From: Candidatus Heimdallarchaeota archaeon
Lineage (GTDB): Archaea; Asgardarchaeota; Heimdallarchaeia; Heimdallarchaeales; Heimdallarchaeaceae
Reading direction: 5' to 3'
Assembly (NCBI GenBank): GCA_018238545.1
Contig: JABCTC010000005.1
Span: forward strand, 42,066-106,065
Length of the DNA stretch: 64,000 nucleotides
Below, one piece after another: positions 18,294 to 28,385 of the stretch. The notes under the pieces were generated by a model that did not search any database, was not told the origin of the DNA, and saw only the letters and a program-made list of their open reading frames with translations. A program made the position numbers and the translations under genes. Every line of letters begins with the position of its first letter. Positions within the stretch are counted from its first letter, which is position 1.

Positions 18294-19232
18294 TTGACTG
18301 TAGTGGATGAAAAAAAGACTGTGCGAGAAGAAAAGGGTAAAATAAAAATACCTCTCAAAAAGATTAAGAGATTGGAAATCTTAGCTAAAGAGAGGTCCAC
18401 AAGTTTTCTTCAAGGACATCGTAGATCCATTTTCAGAGGGCCAGGAACCGAGTATGCTGATCTAAGAGAGTATAACGAGGGAGACGACTTGAGGTTCATT
18501 GATTGGAATGCATCATCACGTGTTCCATTCAAATTGATTGTGAGAGATTATGAACAAGAGAGAAACACTAACATAATCATGATGATGGATACTAGTCATT
18601 CCATGCTACTGGGAGAACCAATCCCAAGAATAAAGATGGCTGTTGAATCCATTGCTACACTTGCTTACACAGTAATGAATAACAGAGATAAATTTGGGTG
18701 GGCATCTTTTTCTGATAAAGTACACAACTATATTCCACCAAGAGGAGGAAAAACTCATCTCTATCATGTATTCAATGAAATGCTGAAAATTGCTCCTCAT
18801 GGAACAACTAATATCGGAGAGACAGTAAGAGAGATTGCACTTTCACAGAAAAGGAGATCTATCATAATCATTCTAACTGATTTGCATAGTGATTTAGAAG
18901 GGGCATTAGATGGCTTCAAGATTGCAAAAGCAAAAAGACATGAGTTAAAGCTCATACACATTCATGATCCAGAAGAATTCTTATTTCCAAAACAACCTAG
19001 GCAGATTAAATTCCAAGATCCAGATACTGAGGAGATACAAGTGATTAACTTCAGTAATCTTCTCGAACGAGGTAAATTTATGTTTGAACTTGGTTTGCAA
19101 ATTAATAAGATTAATGACTTTAAACGAAGTATAAGAGGACTCAATATTGATGTTATTGATGCACCTACAACAATCTTAACTGAAAAGCTGTTATTGGCTT
19201 ATTTCGGAACTAAAAGAAGGAGCCTTATGTAA
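18294..19232 (+). CDS. DUF58/vWA domain protein (MoxR partner)
   Basis: G.EYADLREY..GDDLRFIDWNASSR; MIDAS-like DTSHSM; IILTD. Confidence 0.93.
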   Translation: MTVVDEKKTVREEKGKIKIPLKKIKRLEILAKERSTSFLQGHRRSIFRGPGTEYADLREYNEGDDLRFIDWNASSRVPFKLIVRDYEQERNTNIIMMMDTSHSMLLGEPIPRIKMAVESIATLAYTVMNNRDKFGWASFSDKVHNYIPPRGGKTHLYHVFNEMLKIAPHGTTNIGETVREIALSQKRRSIIIILTDLHSDLEGALDGFKIAKAKRHELKLIHIHDPEEFLFPKQPRQIKFQDPDTEEIQVINFSNLLERGKFMFELGLQINKINDFKRSIRGLNIDVIDAPTTILTEKLLLAYFGTKRRSLM

Positions 19233-21094
19233 TGAAGAACATTAAGATATCTACAATATTTATAATTTTCTTGTTCTTATTCAGTTCAAGCACTCTGTCA
19301 ATTATTGAAACTACAAGCATCGTTATAGCAGGTAGTTCAAGTTCAGGAGACATTCCACCTCCAAGTGGTTCTGGCGGTGATACGGGAGGAGGAGGAGCTG
19401 CTGGAGGATTATATCTCAACTACAGAATCCCATTACTGTTTCGCTCTGGTCCCTATGGTCCTTCGTTAATTGCAATAAATTCTATAGAAAATGAAACATT
19501 AGTTATTTTCGAATTCAATAACACAAGATTTCCAGATTACACTGCAGTGATAAATGTAGGTGAAACCTTAATTCTAGATCCTTCAAAAATACCAGAACTC
19601 AGAAATGGTTCACTTATTCAAGCTTTTACCCCGCTTCAAATTACTGTTTTTCATCAATCTAATTCGCCCGGATTTGATGATACATATTCCTACTCTCCGT
19701 TAGTGATGCAAATGTGGGGAAGAATTTACCAATCAGTTTACGATGATATGCGTGCTATCATTGTTGCAGGATATAATAACACAGAAATTGAAATTAGAAC
19801 TCCTGGAAAAGAATCAGAATATATTGACATACCTTTAATTGGTCAAACTACAAATATCACTGTTTCTAAGGATACGATTATTGAAGCAAATGGTCCAATA
19901 GGAGTGGTTTTTTACTCTCTATCTAGCACCACTGGTTCTTTTACTTTTACAGGCATACCCCACTTTCTCTGGGGAACTGAATACTTCGTTTACAGTAGAC
20001 CAGCAAATGACACTTTACCTCTACTTGAAGGGGACATAGAACTGTCAATATCAGCTGTAGGATTAGGGGAGAAGATACACGCTATTACAAATCTCAATGA
20101 TGATCATCTTGTAGATATTCCAGATAATGAATCAGTTTTAGTTCCAAATAGTAATCTAGATCCCGGAGAATACTATCACAACTTTGTGAGTCTTACTACA
20201 TATTTTTCACTAACAGCTTTGTATAATTATACATATAATGGAGTAGCTCACAAATCAGCTATTGGATATATTTCGGTCGAAAATATGAAATACGCAGAAC
20301 TATTCTACACAAAATTCGCTTATAATAACAGCGAACTTAAATCTGTTATCTTAACAGATGCAACACCAGTATATCCTCTAGTTATTCTTGGAATGGACAT
20401 ATACCTTGACATCGAAAATTATATCGAATTAAACAAAGGGGATTACTTCTCGTATAGTGGACATGAGTATTTAGGTGTTTTTGGAAACGGATCAGTCTAT
20501 TCTTTTGTAGAAACATCTACCCCCGAAACAATCAACTGGAATAGTTCCACAAACATTCTTTATCCACTTAATTTATTCTCATATAAGTATAGTACATCAA
20601 CTTATTTCCCCTCCTGGTACAGATTCCCCAACATAAATGTAAAAGAAGTGTTGATTAGTCCTAAAATTCCTACAGAATTCCGTAGATTACAGTTAGATAT
20701 TTTTGTTCAAAACAACGGTTCAATTCCTTCTGCTCCGTTTTGGGTAACTGTTTATGTTAATGATTCACTAAAAATCAATACAAAACTGGATGGTATAGAT
20801 ATTAATCAGAGTATCCCTGTAACATATGAAGAATTCCAAAGCTTTGGTTTAAAAATTCTAAATGTTTCAATATTCACGGATTCTCAAAACCAAATATTTG
20901 AACTCGCAGAATTTGACAACTCGCTTCAATTCTTTATTGAAATTAAGCGTAATTGGAACATAATTTATACAGGGGTTGCCATAGCAGTCGCAGTAGTAGG
21001 GTTTGTTGTATACATTATTACAAAAAAAATAGTAAAACAACGTAAAAAGAACAAATCTCGATTCGATGTTATTCTCAGTGATATTGAGGTCTGA
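19232..21094 (+). CDS. Surface protein with IgGFc-binding-like repeats, CARDB domain and C-terminal anchor
   Basis: Signal peptide, Gly/Pro linker, two P...WG..Y motifs, CARDB-like VQNNGSIPS...DSQNQIFE..EFDN, TM and basic tail. Confidence 0.7.
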   Translation: MKNIKISTIFIIFLFLFSSSTLSIIETTSIVIAGSSSSGDIPPPSGSGGDTGGGGAAGGLYLNYRIPLLFRSGPYGPSLIAINSIENETLVIFEFNNTRFPDYTAVINVGETLILDPSKIPELRNGSLIQAFTPLQITVFHQSNSPGFDDTYSYSPLVMQMWGRIYQSVYDDMRAIIVAGYNNTEIEIRTPGKESEYIDIPLIGQTTNITVSKDTIIEANGPIGVVFYSLSSTTGSFTFTGIPHFLWGTEYFVYSRPANDTLPLLEGDIELSISAVGLGEKIHAITNLNDDHLVDIPDNESVLVPNSNLDPGEYYHNFVSLTTYFSLTALYNYTYNGVAHKSAIGYISVENMKYAELFYTKFAYNNSELKSVILTDATPVYPLVILGMDIYLDIENYIELNKGDYFSYSGHEYLGVFGNGSVYSFVETSTPETINWNSSTNILYPLNLFSYKYSTSTYFPSWYRFPNINVKEVLISPKIPTEFRRLQLDIFVQNNGSIPSAPFWVTVYVNDSLKINTKLDGIDINQSIPVTYEEFQSFGLKILNVSIFTDSQNQIFELAEFDNSLQFFIEIKRNWNIIYTGVAIAVAVVGFVVYIITKKIVKQRKKNKSRFDVILSDIEV

Positions 21095-21098
21095 AAAA

Positions 21099-23312
21099 AT
21101 GGTTGCCAATCTAGAAGATAATCAAATTAAGAAACGTAAAGAAAACGAGAAAGAAGAGTTTACGCCCCTTAGCGTGATATTAGCTAGGGATCTTATTTTC
21201 ATGGATTGGACTGTTCAATTTGGAGGACAGATATTAGGATTGATAGTTGGTGTGCTCTTAGGTTTTCTATTTGGTGCAAATATGGGCGCTTTGTTTGGTT
21301 TTGGTGACTCAGATACCATCGATTTTTCAGCTTACCTTGCAATACAGATAGGAACAATAATTGCTGTTCTAGTTTTAAGTGTTTTTTATATTCAGAAGAT
21401 GGGTATTAAAATTAATTCACCAAAGAAGATAGCAAGAAACAAACTTAATATAGCAAAAATATCTTTCTTTGGTCTTTCTTTCATCTTTGCTCTAGCTTTA
21501 CTATATAACTCTGTCCTCGTTCCTGCAGTTCATAAAGTTGCAGGGATATTAGTTGAACCAGGAGTCCCAGAACCTGGCACAGAACCAACACAGGGAGTTT
21601 ATGTTGATTTTAAAACCACCAATCAATATATTTTTCTTTTAGTAACAATAATGTTAGCAGTTGCAGTTTTTGCTTTGCTTTTTGCTGGCATCATGTATGC
21701 GATCAACGTCAAAGTTAATACAAAAATAGGTGTCGCAATCGGCTCATCAACAATTTTGTTAACCTTCTATCTACTTTCTCAAGGTTCAATTCAGTCTTAC
21801 ATATTAGAAGCATTTTCTACGAAATCATATTCTTTACTTTTAGTTTTTCTTACTGATTTCTTCTATTATTTGCTAGTCGCATTTATCACAATATTGGCTT
21901 ATCACTTAAGTAGAAGGATTGAACTTTCAGTTCTTCTGCTCTTTATCGGGTTTACATTTGGGTATGGTGCTCCTTCAAACGTAGTTCTTCAAATAATTGC
22001 ACTTAAATGGGGATTTCCAAACTTCTCTGACGGAATTACAACTACCGCTGATATTTTAGCAAGGACTGTTGAAGGAATCGAATATGCCGGAGTGTTTGGT
22101 ATAGCACTCTACCCGTTTATTTTTTATCAGGATACGACCAAATTTTTTAAACAATTTTGGATAACTTTGAAAAAACAAGGGCTTTCACTGTTAGTTTTTA
22201 CAATAGTAATTTTTGCGATTGAGTTAATTATCCAGGCATTGTTTGGTTCTCTAGGAATTTTCTTTTCTCTGATAATTTTCATAGTATTGGTGTTTTTGGT
22301 TAACATGTTAATCTCTGCTAAATATGGAAAGCAAAGCTATACAGGTTTAATGAAACAAATGACATTGAAAACTCTTCAGATGAGTGATCCAATCGTGCCA
22401 AATCTAAAACATCAGTCTAAGTTTTTAGAGCGTAAAGCAAGAAAACGAGAGTGGAGTACATTGATAATGGGAACCACAATACCCGTTGCTATATATTTTC
22501 TAGTAATGTATTTAACAACTGCAATTACTAGTACAACCCTAATTGGCACCACGATATTTTTATTCACAGCTGTTCCGATTTCTATTGCTGTAATGTCTTT
22601 TGCAACTGTGTTTTATTTCTCTAGAGATCCTCTAATCAAAGGATATTTTAGTTATCCGATTAAAATTCTATTACTTTTAGGGAGCATTTCGTATTTCTTT
22701 TACGCGAATTATGGTTTAGTCTATAATGTTTTAGGGATATATCCGTTAATTGCCATTGCATATATTCCTTTTATTGCACTGCCCATAGTAAGAAAAGCGA
22801 AAGTTGGAACATTGCTTCTTGCGATTGCTGGTGAAAATAAGCAGAAAGCTTTGAATAAATTATCACTTAGAAAAGATGTTAATTTTGACATTCTGGCAGA
22901 GACCTATTATAAATCACCAACTATTTTCAAAAATTGGCTAGCTTTACTCTTAACAAAAAATGGTGAAAGAGAAACCACATTAAAGAATCTCGAAACTTCC
23001 TTAACAAGCAGTTTTCCTTTAGAGCGAGCTAATGCATCTTTGTGTTTCCTTTACTTGAATGAAAAAAGCATTCTAGAAAGGATTATCATTCTCCTAGAAA
23101 ATGATACTGATCCAAGAGTGAGAAATGCAATAGCATATGGTTTAAGGTATACTGAAGATGTCCACGAAGAATTATACAAAAGAGTTATTGATTCACAACA
23201 TTATGAAGACGATGCTCAGGTACTGCAAACACTGAAAGAAACAGTTATCATACTAGATCAAGCCTTTTCCTCAAAATTAGAAGAGGAGGAAATAGGAATG
23301 GCAGAGATTTAG
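21099..23312 (+). CDS. Polytopic membrane protein with C-terminal HEAT repeats
   Basis: ~14 hydrophobic helices; ERANASL and DTDPRVRNAIAYGL HEAT units. Confidence 0.75.
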   Translation: MVANLEDNQIKKRKENEKEEFTPLSVILARDLIFMDWTVQFGGQILGLIVGVLLGFLFGANMGALFGFGDSDTIDFSAYLAIQIGTIIAVLVLSVFYIQKMGIKINSPKKIARNKLNIAKISFFGLSFIFALALLYNSVLVPAVHKVAGILVEPGVPEPGTEPTQGVYVDFKTTNQYIFLLVTIMLAVAVFALLFAGIMYAINVKVNTKIGVAIGSSTILLTFYLLSQGSIQSYILEAFSTKSYSLLLVFLTDFFYYLLVAFITILAYHLSRRIELSVLLLFIGFTFGYGAPSNVVLQIIALKWGFPNFSDGITTTADILARTVEGIEYAGVFGIALYPFIFYQDTTKFFKQFWITLKKQGLSLLVFTIVIFAIELIIQALFGSLGIFFSLIIFIVLVFLVNMLISAKYGKQSYTGLMKQMTLKTLQMSDPIVPNLKHQSKFLERKARKREWSTLIMGTTIPVAIYFLVMYLTTAITSTTLIGTTIFLFTAVPISIAVMSFATVFYFSRDPLIKGYFSYPIKILLLLGSISYFFYANYGLVYNVLGIYPLIAIAYIPFIALPIVRKAKVGTLLLAIAGENKQKALNKLSLRKDVNFDILAETYYKSPTIFKNWLALLLTKNGERETTLKNLETSLTSSFPLERANASLCFLYLNEKSILERIIILLENDTDPRVRNAIAYGLRYTEDVHEELYKRVIDSQHYEDDAQVLQTLKETVIILDQAFSSKLEEEEIGMAEI

Positions 23313-23408
23313 TATTGATATTCATTAATATGGAATCAATAAATTGCAAAATCGATATTTCCTTTGTTTCAGAGAAGTTCTTATAAATCAGTGAGCTCAG
23401 TAATTCCT

Positions 23409-24275
23409 ATGGAAATTAGATTTGTAACTGATAGTGGCTCCGATATAGATTTTGATTATGCCGACAAAATAGGAGCCAAGATTGTTCCACTAAGTGTGAC
23501 ATTCAGTGATGATGCTAATGTTGAACATTTTGAAGATAAGAATTTTGATTTAGAATCATATTACAAAAAATATAAAACAGATGGCGATTTCTCTGCAAAA
23601 ACTGCACAACCTAATCCAGGGGCGTTCTTCAAAGTATTTCAGGAACTAGCTGCTGAGGGAGCAAAGGAAATCATTGTAGTTACTTTGAGCTCAGGTTTAA
23701 GTGCAACAATTAACAGTGCTCGCTTAGGTGCTAATATGCTCAAAAAGAAAGATGATTCAATAAAAGTTCATCTTGTTGACGCACTTAATGCTTCTTACTC
23801 TGAAGTTTTTCTATTAGAGAAGGGGATCAAATTAAGAGACGAAGGAAAGTCTGGAGATGAGATTGTTAACTTATTGAGAGCTCATACTAAGAACATTAAA
23901 ACATTCATACTCTTGCCATCCTTGAAATATTTGCGCAAAGGTGGAAGAATTTCTGTTACCAAATACATTCTTGGTTCATTACTGAAGAAAAGACCAATAA
24001 CTATTGTTAATAGTGAAGGTAAAAATGATGTAGCTGCCACAGTAAAAGAAACAGATGAAGGGATTCAGAAGATTATTGAACTAACAACAGAAGATTTCAG
24101 TAGGTTCCCAAAACAAGTTTGTATTATTCATGGTAGTAATCTTGAAAGAGCTGGGCTCATGGAAAAGGCAATTAAAAAACATATTAAAGATGCAAAAATA
24201 ATTGTAAGATGTACAGGAGTTACTATTTCTGCACATACTGGACCAGATGTAGTTGCATTAATTTCGGAATTCTAA
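23409..24275 (+). CDS. DegV family fatty-acid-binding protein
   Basis: VTDSGSD, KTAQPNP, LSSGLSAT, YLRKGGRI, SAHTGP. Confidence 0.93.
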   Translation: MEIRFVTDSGSDIDFDYADKIGAKIVPLSVTFSDDANVEHFEDKNFDLESYYKKYKTDGDFSAKTAQPNPGAFFKVFQELAAEGAKEIIVVTLSSGLSATINSARLGANMLKKKDDSIKVHLVDALNASYSEVFLLEKGIKLRDEGKSGDEIVNLLRAHTKNIKTFILLPSLKYLRKGGRISVTKYILGSLLKKRPITIVNSEGKNDVAATVKETDEGIQKIIELTTEDFSRFPKQVCIIHGSNLERAGLMEKAIKKHIKDAKIIVRCTGVTISAHTGPDVVALISEF

Positions 24276-24277
24276 AA

Positions 24278-24961
24278 CTATTTTAGAATTATCCTAGCAT
24301 CTACAGGAAAGATTCCATCTTCATTAGCTATAATTGGATTGATATCCATTTCAGTTACATATTCTCTATTTTCCCAAGCTAATTGAGAAATCTTAACTAT
24401 TAAATCAGCTAACTGATCCTTGTTAACCTTTGGTTGCCCTCTAAATCCTTCAAGTAGAATTTTTGCTTTTATCTCTCCGATTGCCCCAAGAGCTTGTTCT
24501 TTTGTAACAGGGCACATTCTAAAAACAACATCCTTTATTGCTTCTACAAGTACACCCCCCACACCAAAGAGGATTACCGGACCAAATGTTGAATCAGTAC
24601 TTGTACCAATAATTAGTTCAAGTCCTTTCTTTACCATTTTTTCAACAAGAACACCAGCGATTTCTATATTTTCAAACCGTCTCATGAAGTCAATATAAGT
24701 TTCCTTAACTTCTTGTTCATTTGATAAATCTATTACAACGGCACCAGAATCGGTTTTGTGCATAACATCTTTTGACATAAGTTTTAGTACAACTGGAAAA
24801 CCAAATTCTTTTGCAGATTCAATAGCTTCTTCTTCATTTAAAACTAATTTTGATGGAGGGATAAGTATATTCATGTTTTGTAAAACTTGTTTAGCTTCAT
24901 GTTCTAATAACCAGCTTCTGTTTTCTTGTTTTGTTTTTTCAAATAACTCTCTATTATTCAT
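24278..24961 (-). CDS. acdB: ADP-forming acetate/acyl-CoA ligase beta subunit
   Basis: LLEHEAK, GFPVVLK, HKTDSGAV, FGPVILFGVGG, EMDINP, VDARI. Confidence 0.9.
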   Translation of the reverse strand: MNNRELFEKTKQENRSWLLEHEAKQVLQNMNILIPPSKLVLNEEEAIESAKEFGFPVVLKLMSKDVMHKTDSGAVVIDLSNEQEVKETYIDFMRRFENIEIAGVLVEKMVKKGLELIIGTSTDSTFGPVILFGVGGVLVEAIKDVVFRMCPVTKEQALGAIGEIKAKILLEGFRGQPKVNKDQLADLIVKISQLAWENREYVTEMDINPIIANEDGIFPVDARIILK

Positions 24962-24963
24962 TT

Positions 24964-26385
24964 TTAATCCTCCACATGAATTGATTTTGGATCTACTCCA
25001 TGTTTTCTGAGATACTTCGTATAGTCAGTTAGCAGCCCTAGTGCTCTAACTGCTCGTCCAGGACTTGGAAAGACAGGTATGTCTTCAGCAAGCAATTTAT
25101 TTGTAGCTTTAGTACCTTCTTCTCCTCCTATCAAGGCAGTTAAAAAGGGTTTTTTCTTCCTCTGTGCAAATTCACTTGTATATTTTACATAATCATTAAT
25201 ATCTAAATCGGGGATACAAGGAATGTTTAGATTTATTATGGCATCTACATTTGGATCATTGTAAACTGCTTCAAATGCATCCCGATAATCTTCGGCAGTT
25301 GCACTTCCGGTAAGATCAATAGGATTACCAGTAGAATAGAAAATTGGAAAAGTTTCATCAAGTTTTTTCTGAACATCAGGTGAGAATTCTGCTAATTTCA
25401 GATTGCAATCTGAAACCATATCAGATGCCATAACACCGGCACCACCACCATCTGTGATGATTGCAACTCTATCACCTAGTGGAAGTGGTTGGGTACCAAA
25501 AGCCAAAACACAGTCTGCTAATTCATCCCAAGTAATTACACGAAGGATTCCAGCTTCATCTAAAAGATCATCAACTATCGCATCGTTTGATGATAAAGCA
25601 GCTGTGTGGGAAGCTCCTGCTTTCGCTCCTGTTTCAGTTCGATTTGCTTTTATTCCCATAAGTGGTTTTTTCAAAGAAATTTCTCTTGCTATCTCCATGA
25701 ATTTCCTACCATCCTTGAAATCTTCCAAATAAATTATAATCATTTTTGTGTCAGAATCTTCTCCAATATATTCTAGAGAATCTGTTTCGTTGATATCACT
25801 AGCATTCCCATATGATATGAACTTGGAAACCCATTGACCAGACCCCAAACCTGAGAGTTGATCAATGAAGGCTGCACCAAATGCCCCACTTTGTGTAAAT
25901 ATGGAAACAGGACCACTTTTTGGACGTTTTAGTTTTGAATCAGGTAAGAACATTGTATCAATTCCAAGAGCAGGAGAATAAATACCAAGGCAATTAGGAC
26001 CAATCACATTAAGATTATACTTTTTCATTATTTCATACATCTGATTCTGTAAAACAATTCCTTCTTCTCCTATTTCACTAAAGCCGCCAGTTGTAACAAT
26101 AATATTTTTTATGCCTTTTTCTCCACATTGCTCTAATGCTTGTGGAGCATATTTTGCAGGTACGATTATACAAGCTGCATCAATCTCATCCTCAACATCT
26201 AAAATTGATGGATATAATTTTTTTCCATATAACTCTCCTCCTCTAGGATTAACCAGATAGGTTTTTCCTGGGAAGGAATTAATGAAGTTATAAGCTACTA
26301 CATTTCCTGGTTTGTTGGGAGTTGTAGACGCCCCTACCACACAAAATGACTTTACATTGAAAAAATTCTCAAGCCTTGCTGTCAT
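24964..26385 (-). CDS. acdA: ADP-forming acetate/acyl-CoA ligase alpha subunit
   Basis: VVGAS..PNKPG, GGFSE, IGPNCLG, QSGA, phospho-His SHT, GGAGV, NPIDLTG. Confidence 0.92.
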   Translation of the reverse strand: MTARLENFFNVKSFCVVGASTTPNKPGNVVAYNFINSFPGKTYLVNPRGGELYGKKLYPSILDVEDEIDAACIIVPAKYAPQALEQCGEKGIKNIIVTTGGFSEIGEEGIVLQNQMYEIMKKYNLNVIGPNCLGIYSPALGIDTMFLPDSKLKRPKSGPVSIFTQSGAFGAAFIDQLSGLGSGQWVSKFISYGNASDINETDSLEYIGEDSDTKMIIIYLEDFKDGRKFMEIAREISLKKPLMGIKANRTETGAKAGASHTAALSSNDAIVDDLLDEAGILRVITWDELADCVLAFGTQPLPLGDRVAIITDGGGAGVMASDMVSDCNLKLAEFSPDVQKKLDETFPIFYSTGNPIDLTGSATAEDYRDAFEAVYNDPNVDAIINLNIPCIPDLDINDYVKYTSEFAQRKKKPFLTALIGGEEGTKATNKLLAEDIPVFPSPGRAVRALGLLTDYTKYLRKHGVDPKSIHVED

Positions 26386-26505
26386 TATTATCATTGGTCA
26401 TAGTATGGAAAGCAATAAAAATATTTGCAATAATGCTCAAAAAAACCCTCAAAACCATCATTCTGGTTTCCAAACAATTAAATAATTATATGACCAATAC
26501 AAATT

Positions 26506-27108
26506 ATGGCTAGAAATAGATTTCTATTTGATGTTATCGGAATTATTTCATTCTTTGCTAGTACCATACCAGTCTTTCTATTCGCCAATACTGAGAATGC
26601 AAGCGTTTTCTTCGGTTGGGGAGGAGGAATATTTGGAGGGGCGCTACTATTAGGATTTTTTGCGTTCAAAAATGATGGTATAAAAATTACGGCAATCATA
26701 GCAGGTTTAATTGCTCTAGGTGGCATTATTATAGGTGTTTTAATGATTGTTGGTGCAGCTACTATTTTTGATTCTACCAGTGATTTGGGAGAATTAATTG
26801 GCAGTCTTATACTTGGACCACTTTTTCTTATTATTGGTATCATTTTAATAATAGCTGTCATTATCGTAGGAGGCATCAGTATAGGTGTAGCTGCTATTGG
26901 TTCTGCAATTGGTGAAGCTGTTTGGAAAGATAAAAAGGATAAAATTTTCACTGCAGCACCAGGACAAACATATGTTCCATCAAAAGATGCTTATCAACCA
27001 ACTACTCCTGTAAAACCGCAAGGACCAAGTTCTGCAGTATGTAAACAATGCAATGCAAGTAACCCTGGTGGAGATAAATTTTGCATAAATTGTGGTGCAA
27101 AATTGTAG
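26506..27108 (+). CDS. Membrane protein with C-terminal zinc ribbon
   Basis: 4 Gly-rich TM helices, Pro-rich linker, CKQC-x10-CINCG. Confidence 0.78.
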   Translation: MARNRFLFDVIGIISFFASTIPVFLFANTENASVFFGWGGGIFGGALLLGFFAFKNDGIKITAIIAGLIALGGIIIGVLMIVGAATIFDSTSDLGELIGSLILGPLFLIIGIILIIAVIIVGGISIGVAAIGSAIGEAVWKDKKDKIFTAAPGQTYVPSKDAYQPTTPVKPQGPSSAVCKQCNASNPGGDKFCINCGAKL

Positions 27109-27197
27109 ACACCCCACTTATTTCTTTTCTTTTTTATTTTTAAATACTAAAATGTTTAAAGCATAATTTTTTTATCGTTCTTTCTTTAATTCAACTC

Positions 27198-28385
27198 ATG
27201 AATATGAATGACTTTTCTCCTATTTACTGGAGTGCACCTTATCAAAAAGAAGTATTAGCAAAAGTTATTGGAATAAACAAACATGAAGTTAAGGTAGATA
27301 AAGCACTTTTTTATCCTAGTGGAGGAGGGCAATTATCAGATCTTGGTTTAATTGTATATCAACAACAAGATATCAAAGTTATAGGTATAGAAAAAAGAGA
27401 GGATGGAAATTGGCTTCAAATTGATTCTGTAGGAGATTCAGGCTTAGAAGAAGGAATGGAAGTCTTGCTCCAACTAGATTGGGATAGAAGATATTCCTTC
27501 ATGAAATCTCATTCTTCTCAACACCTTATTTCACATGTCTTAAAACGATTATTCGATATTGAAACACTAAAAGCCAATTTTGACGATGAAAAAATAGATA
27601 TTGAAGTTTCAAGAAACTTATCTGAAGCAGAAATTTCAGAAGTACTACAAGAATCTAATCAATTGATTAACGAAGGAGCAGAGGTTATCTCTCTCATTGT
27701 GGATAAAGACGAATACAAGAATAAATACAGAGATGTTGCCAGAGGAAAAGTCTCAAATGAAAACACAGTGAGACTAATACAACTTGGTGAGGGAGAAGGA
27801 TATGATTTAACTTGTTGTGGAGGAGTTCATGTTAAAAACCTTTCAGAAATCAAAGGGATATTTCTTGATACTTTCAAAGGTAATTCACTAAAATTCTTCA
27901 TAGATAAACATGGAATCGATTCAGTGAATAGACAAAGGATTCTAATGATAAATCTCGAAGAAATTACAGCAAAGAAGGGAGAAAAACTTGTTGAAATGTT
28001 AAAAAATAAACTAAATGAAGGTAAAATTCTACAAGAAGGAAATCTTAGTCTCCTCAAAATGGTTTTCAGCGAGATTGCTTACAGGAGTCAAGAAATAAAT
28101 GGCAACAAAATAGTATTTTTTAATCTACCGGAAATCGATAGGCAAGCTCTACAATCAGCAGCAAGAGAATTGGAAAAAGGATTTCTTATAGTGGTTTTAG
28201 GTAGAAACGATATTCTCTACTTTATATCAACTAATGGGGAGCTAAGCGCAAAAAAAATCAATGATATAATAATTGAAAAAACAGGTTCAAAGGGAGGAGG
28301 AAACAAAGGATTTGCACAAGTTAATGTAAAAAATATTGAGAATCCTCTTAGTTTAGTTAAAGAGGTTCTAACAATGTTTAATTAA
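27198..28385 (+). CDS. alaX: AlaX-type alanyl-tRNA editing protein with C-terminal DHHA1 domain
   Basis: FYPSGGGQ.SD.G, HSSQH (HxxxH), CGGVH (CxxxH), KGGG..FAQ. Confidence 0.88.
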   Translation: MNMNDFSPIYWSAPYQKEVLAKVIGINKHEVKVDKALFYPSGGGQLSDLGLIVYQQQDIKVIGIEKREDGNWLQIDSVGDSGLEEGMEVLLQLDWDRRYSFMKSHSSQHLISHVLKRLFDIETLKANFDDEKIDIEVSRNLSEAEISEVLQESNQLINEGAEVISLIVDKDEYKNKYRDVARGKVSNENTVRLIQLGEGEGYDLTCCGGVHVKNLSEIKGIFLDTFKGNSLKFFIDKHGIDSVNRQRILMINLEEITAKKGEKLVEMLKNKLNEGKILQEGNLSLLKMVFSEIAYRSQEINGNKIVFFNLPEIDRQALQSAARELEKGFLIVVLGRNDILYFISTNGELSAKKINDIIIEKTGSKGGGNKGFAQVNVKNIENPLSLVKEVLTMFN

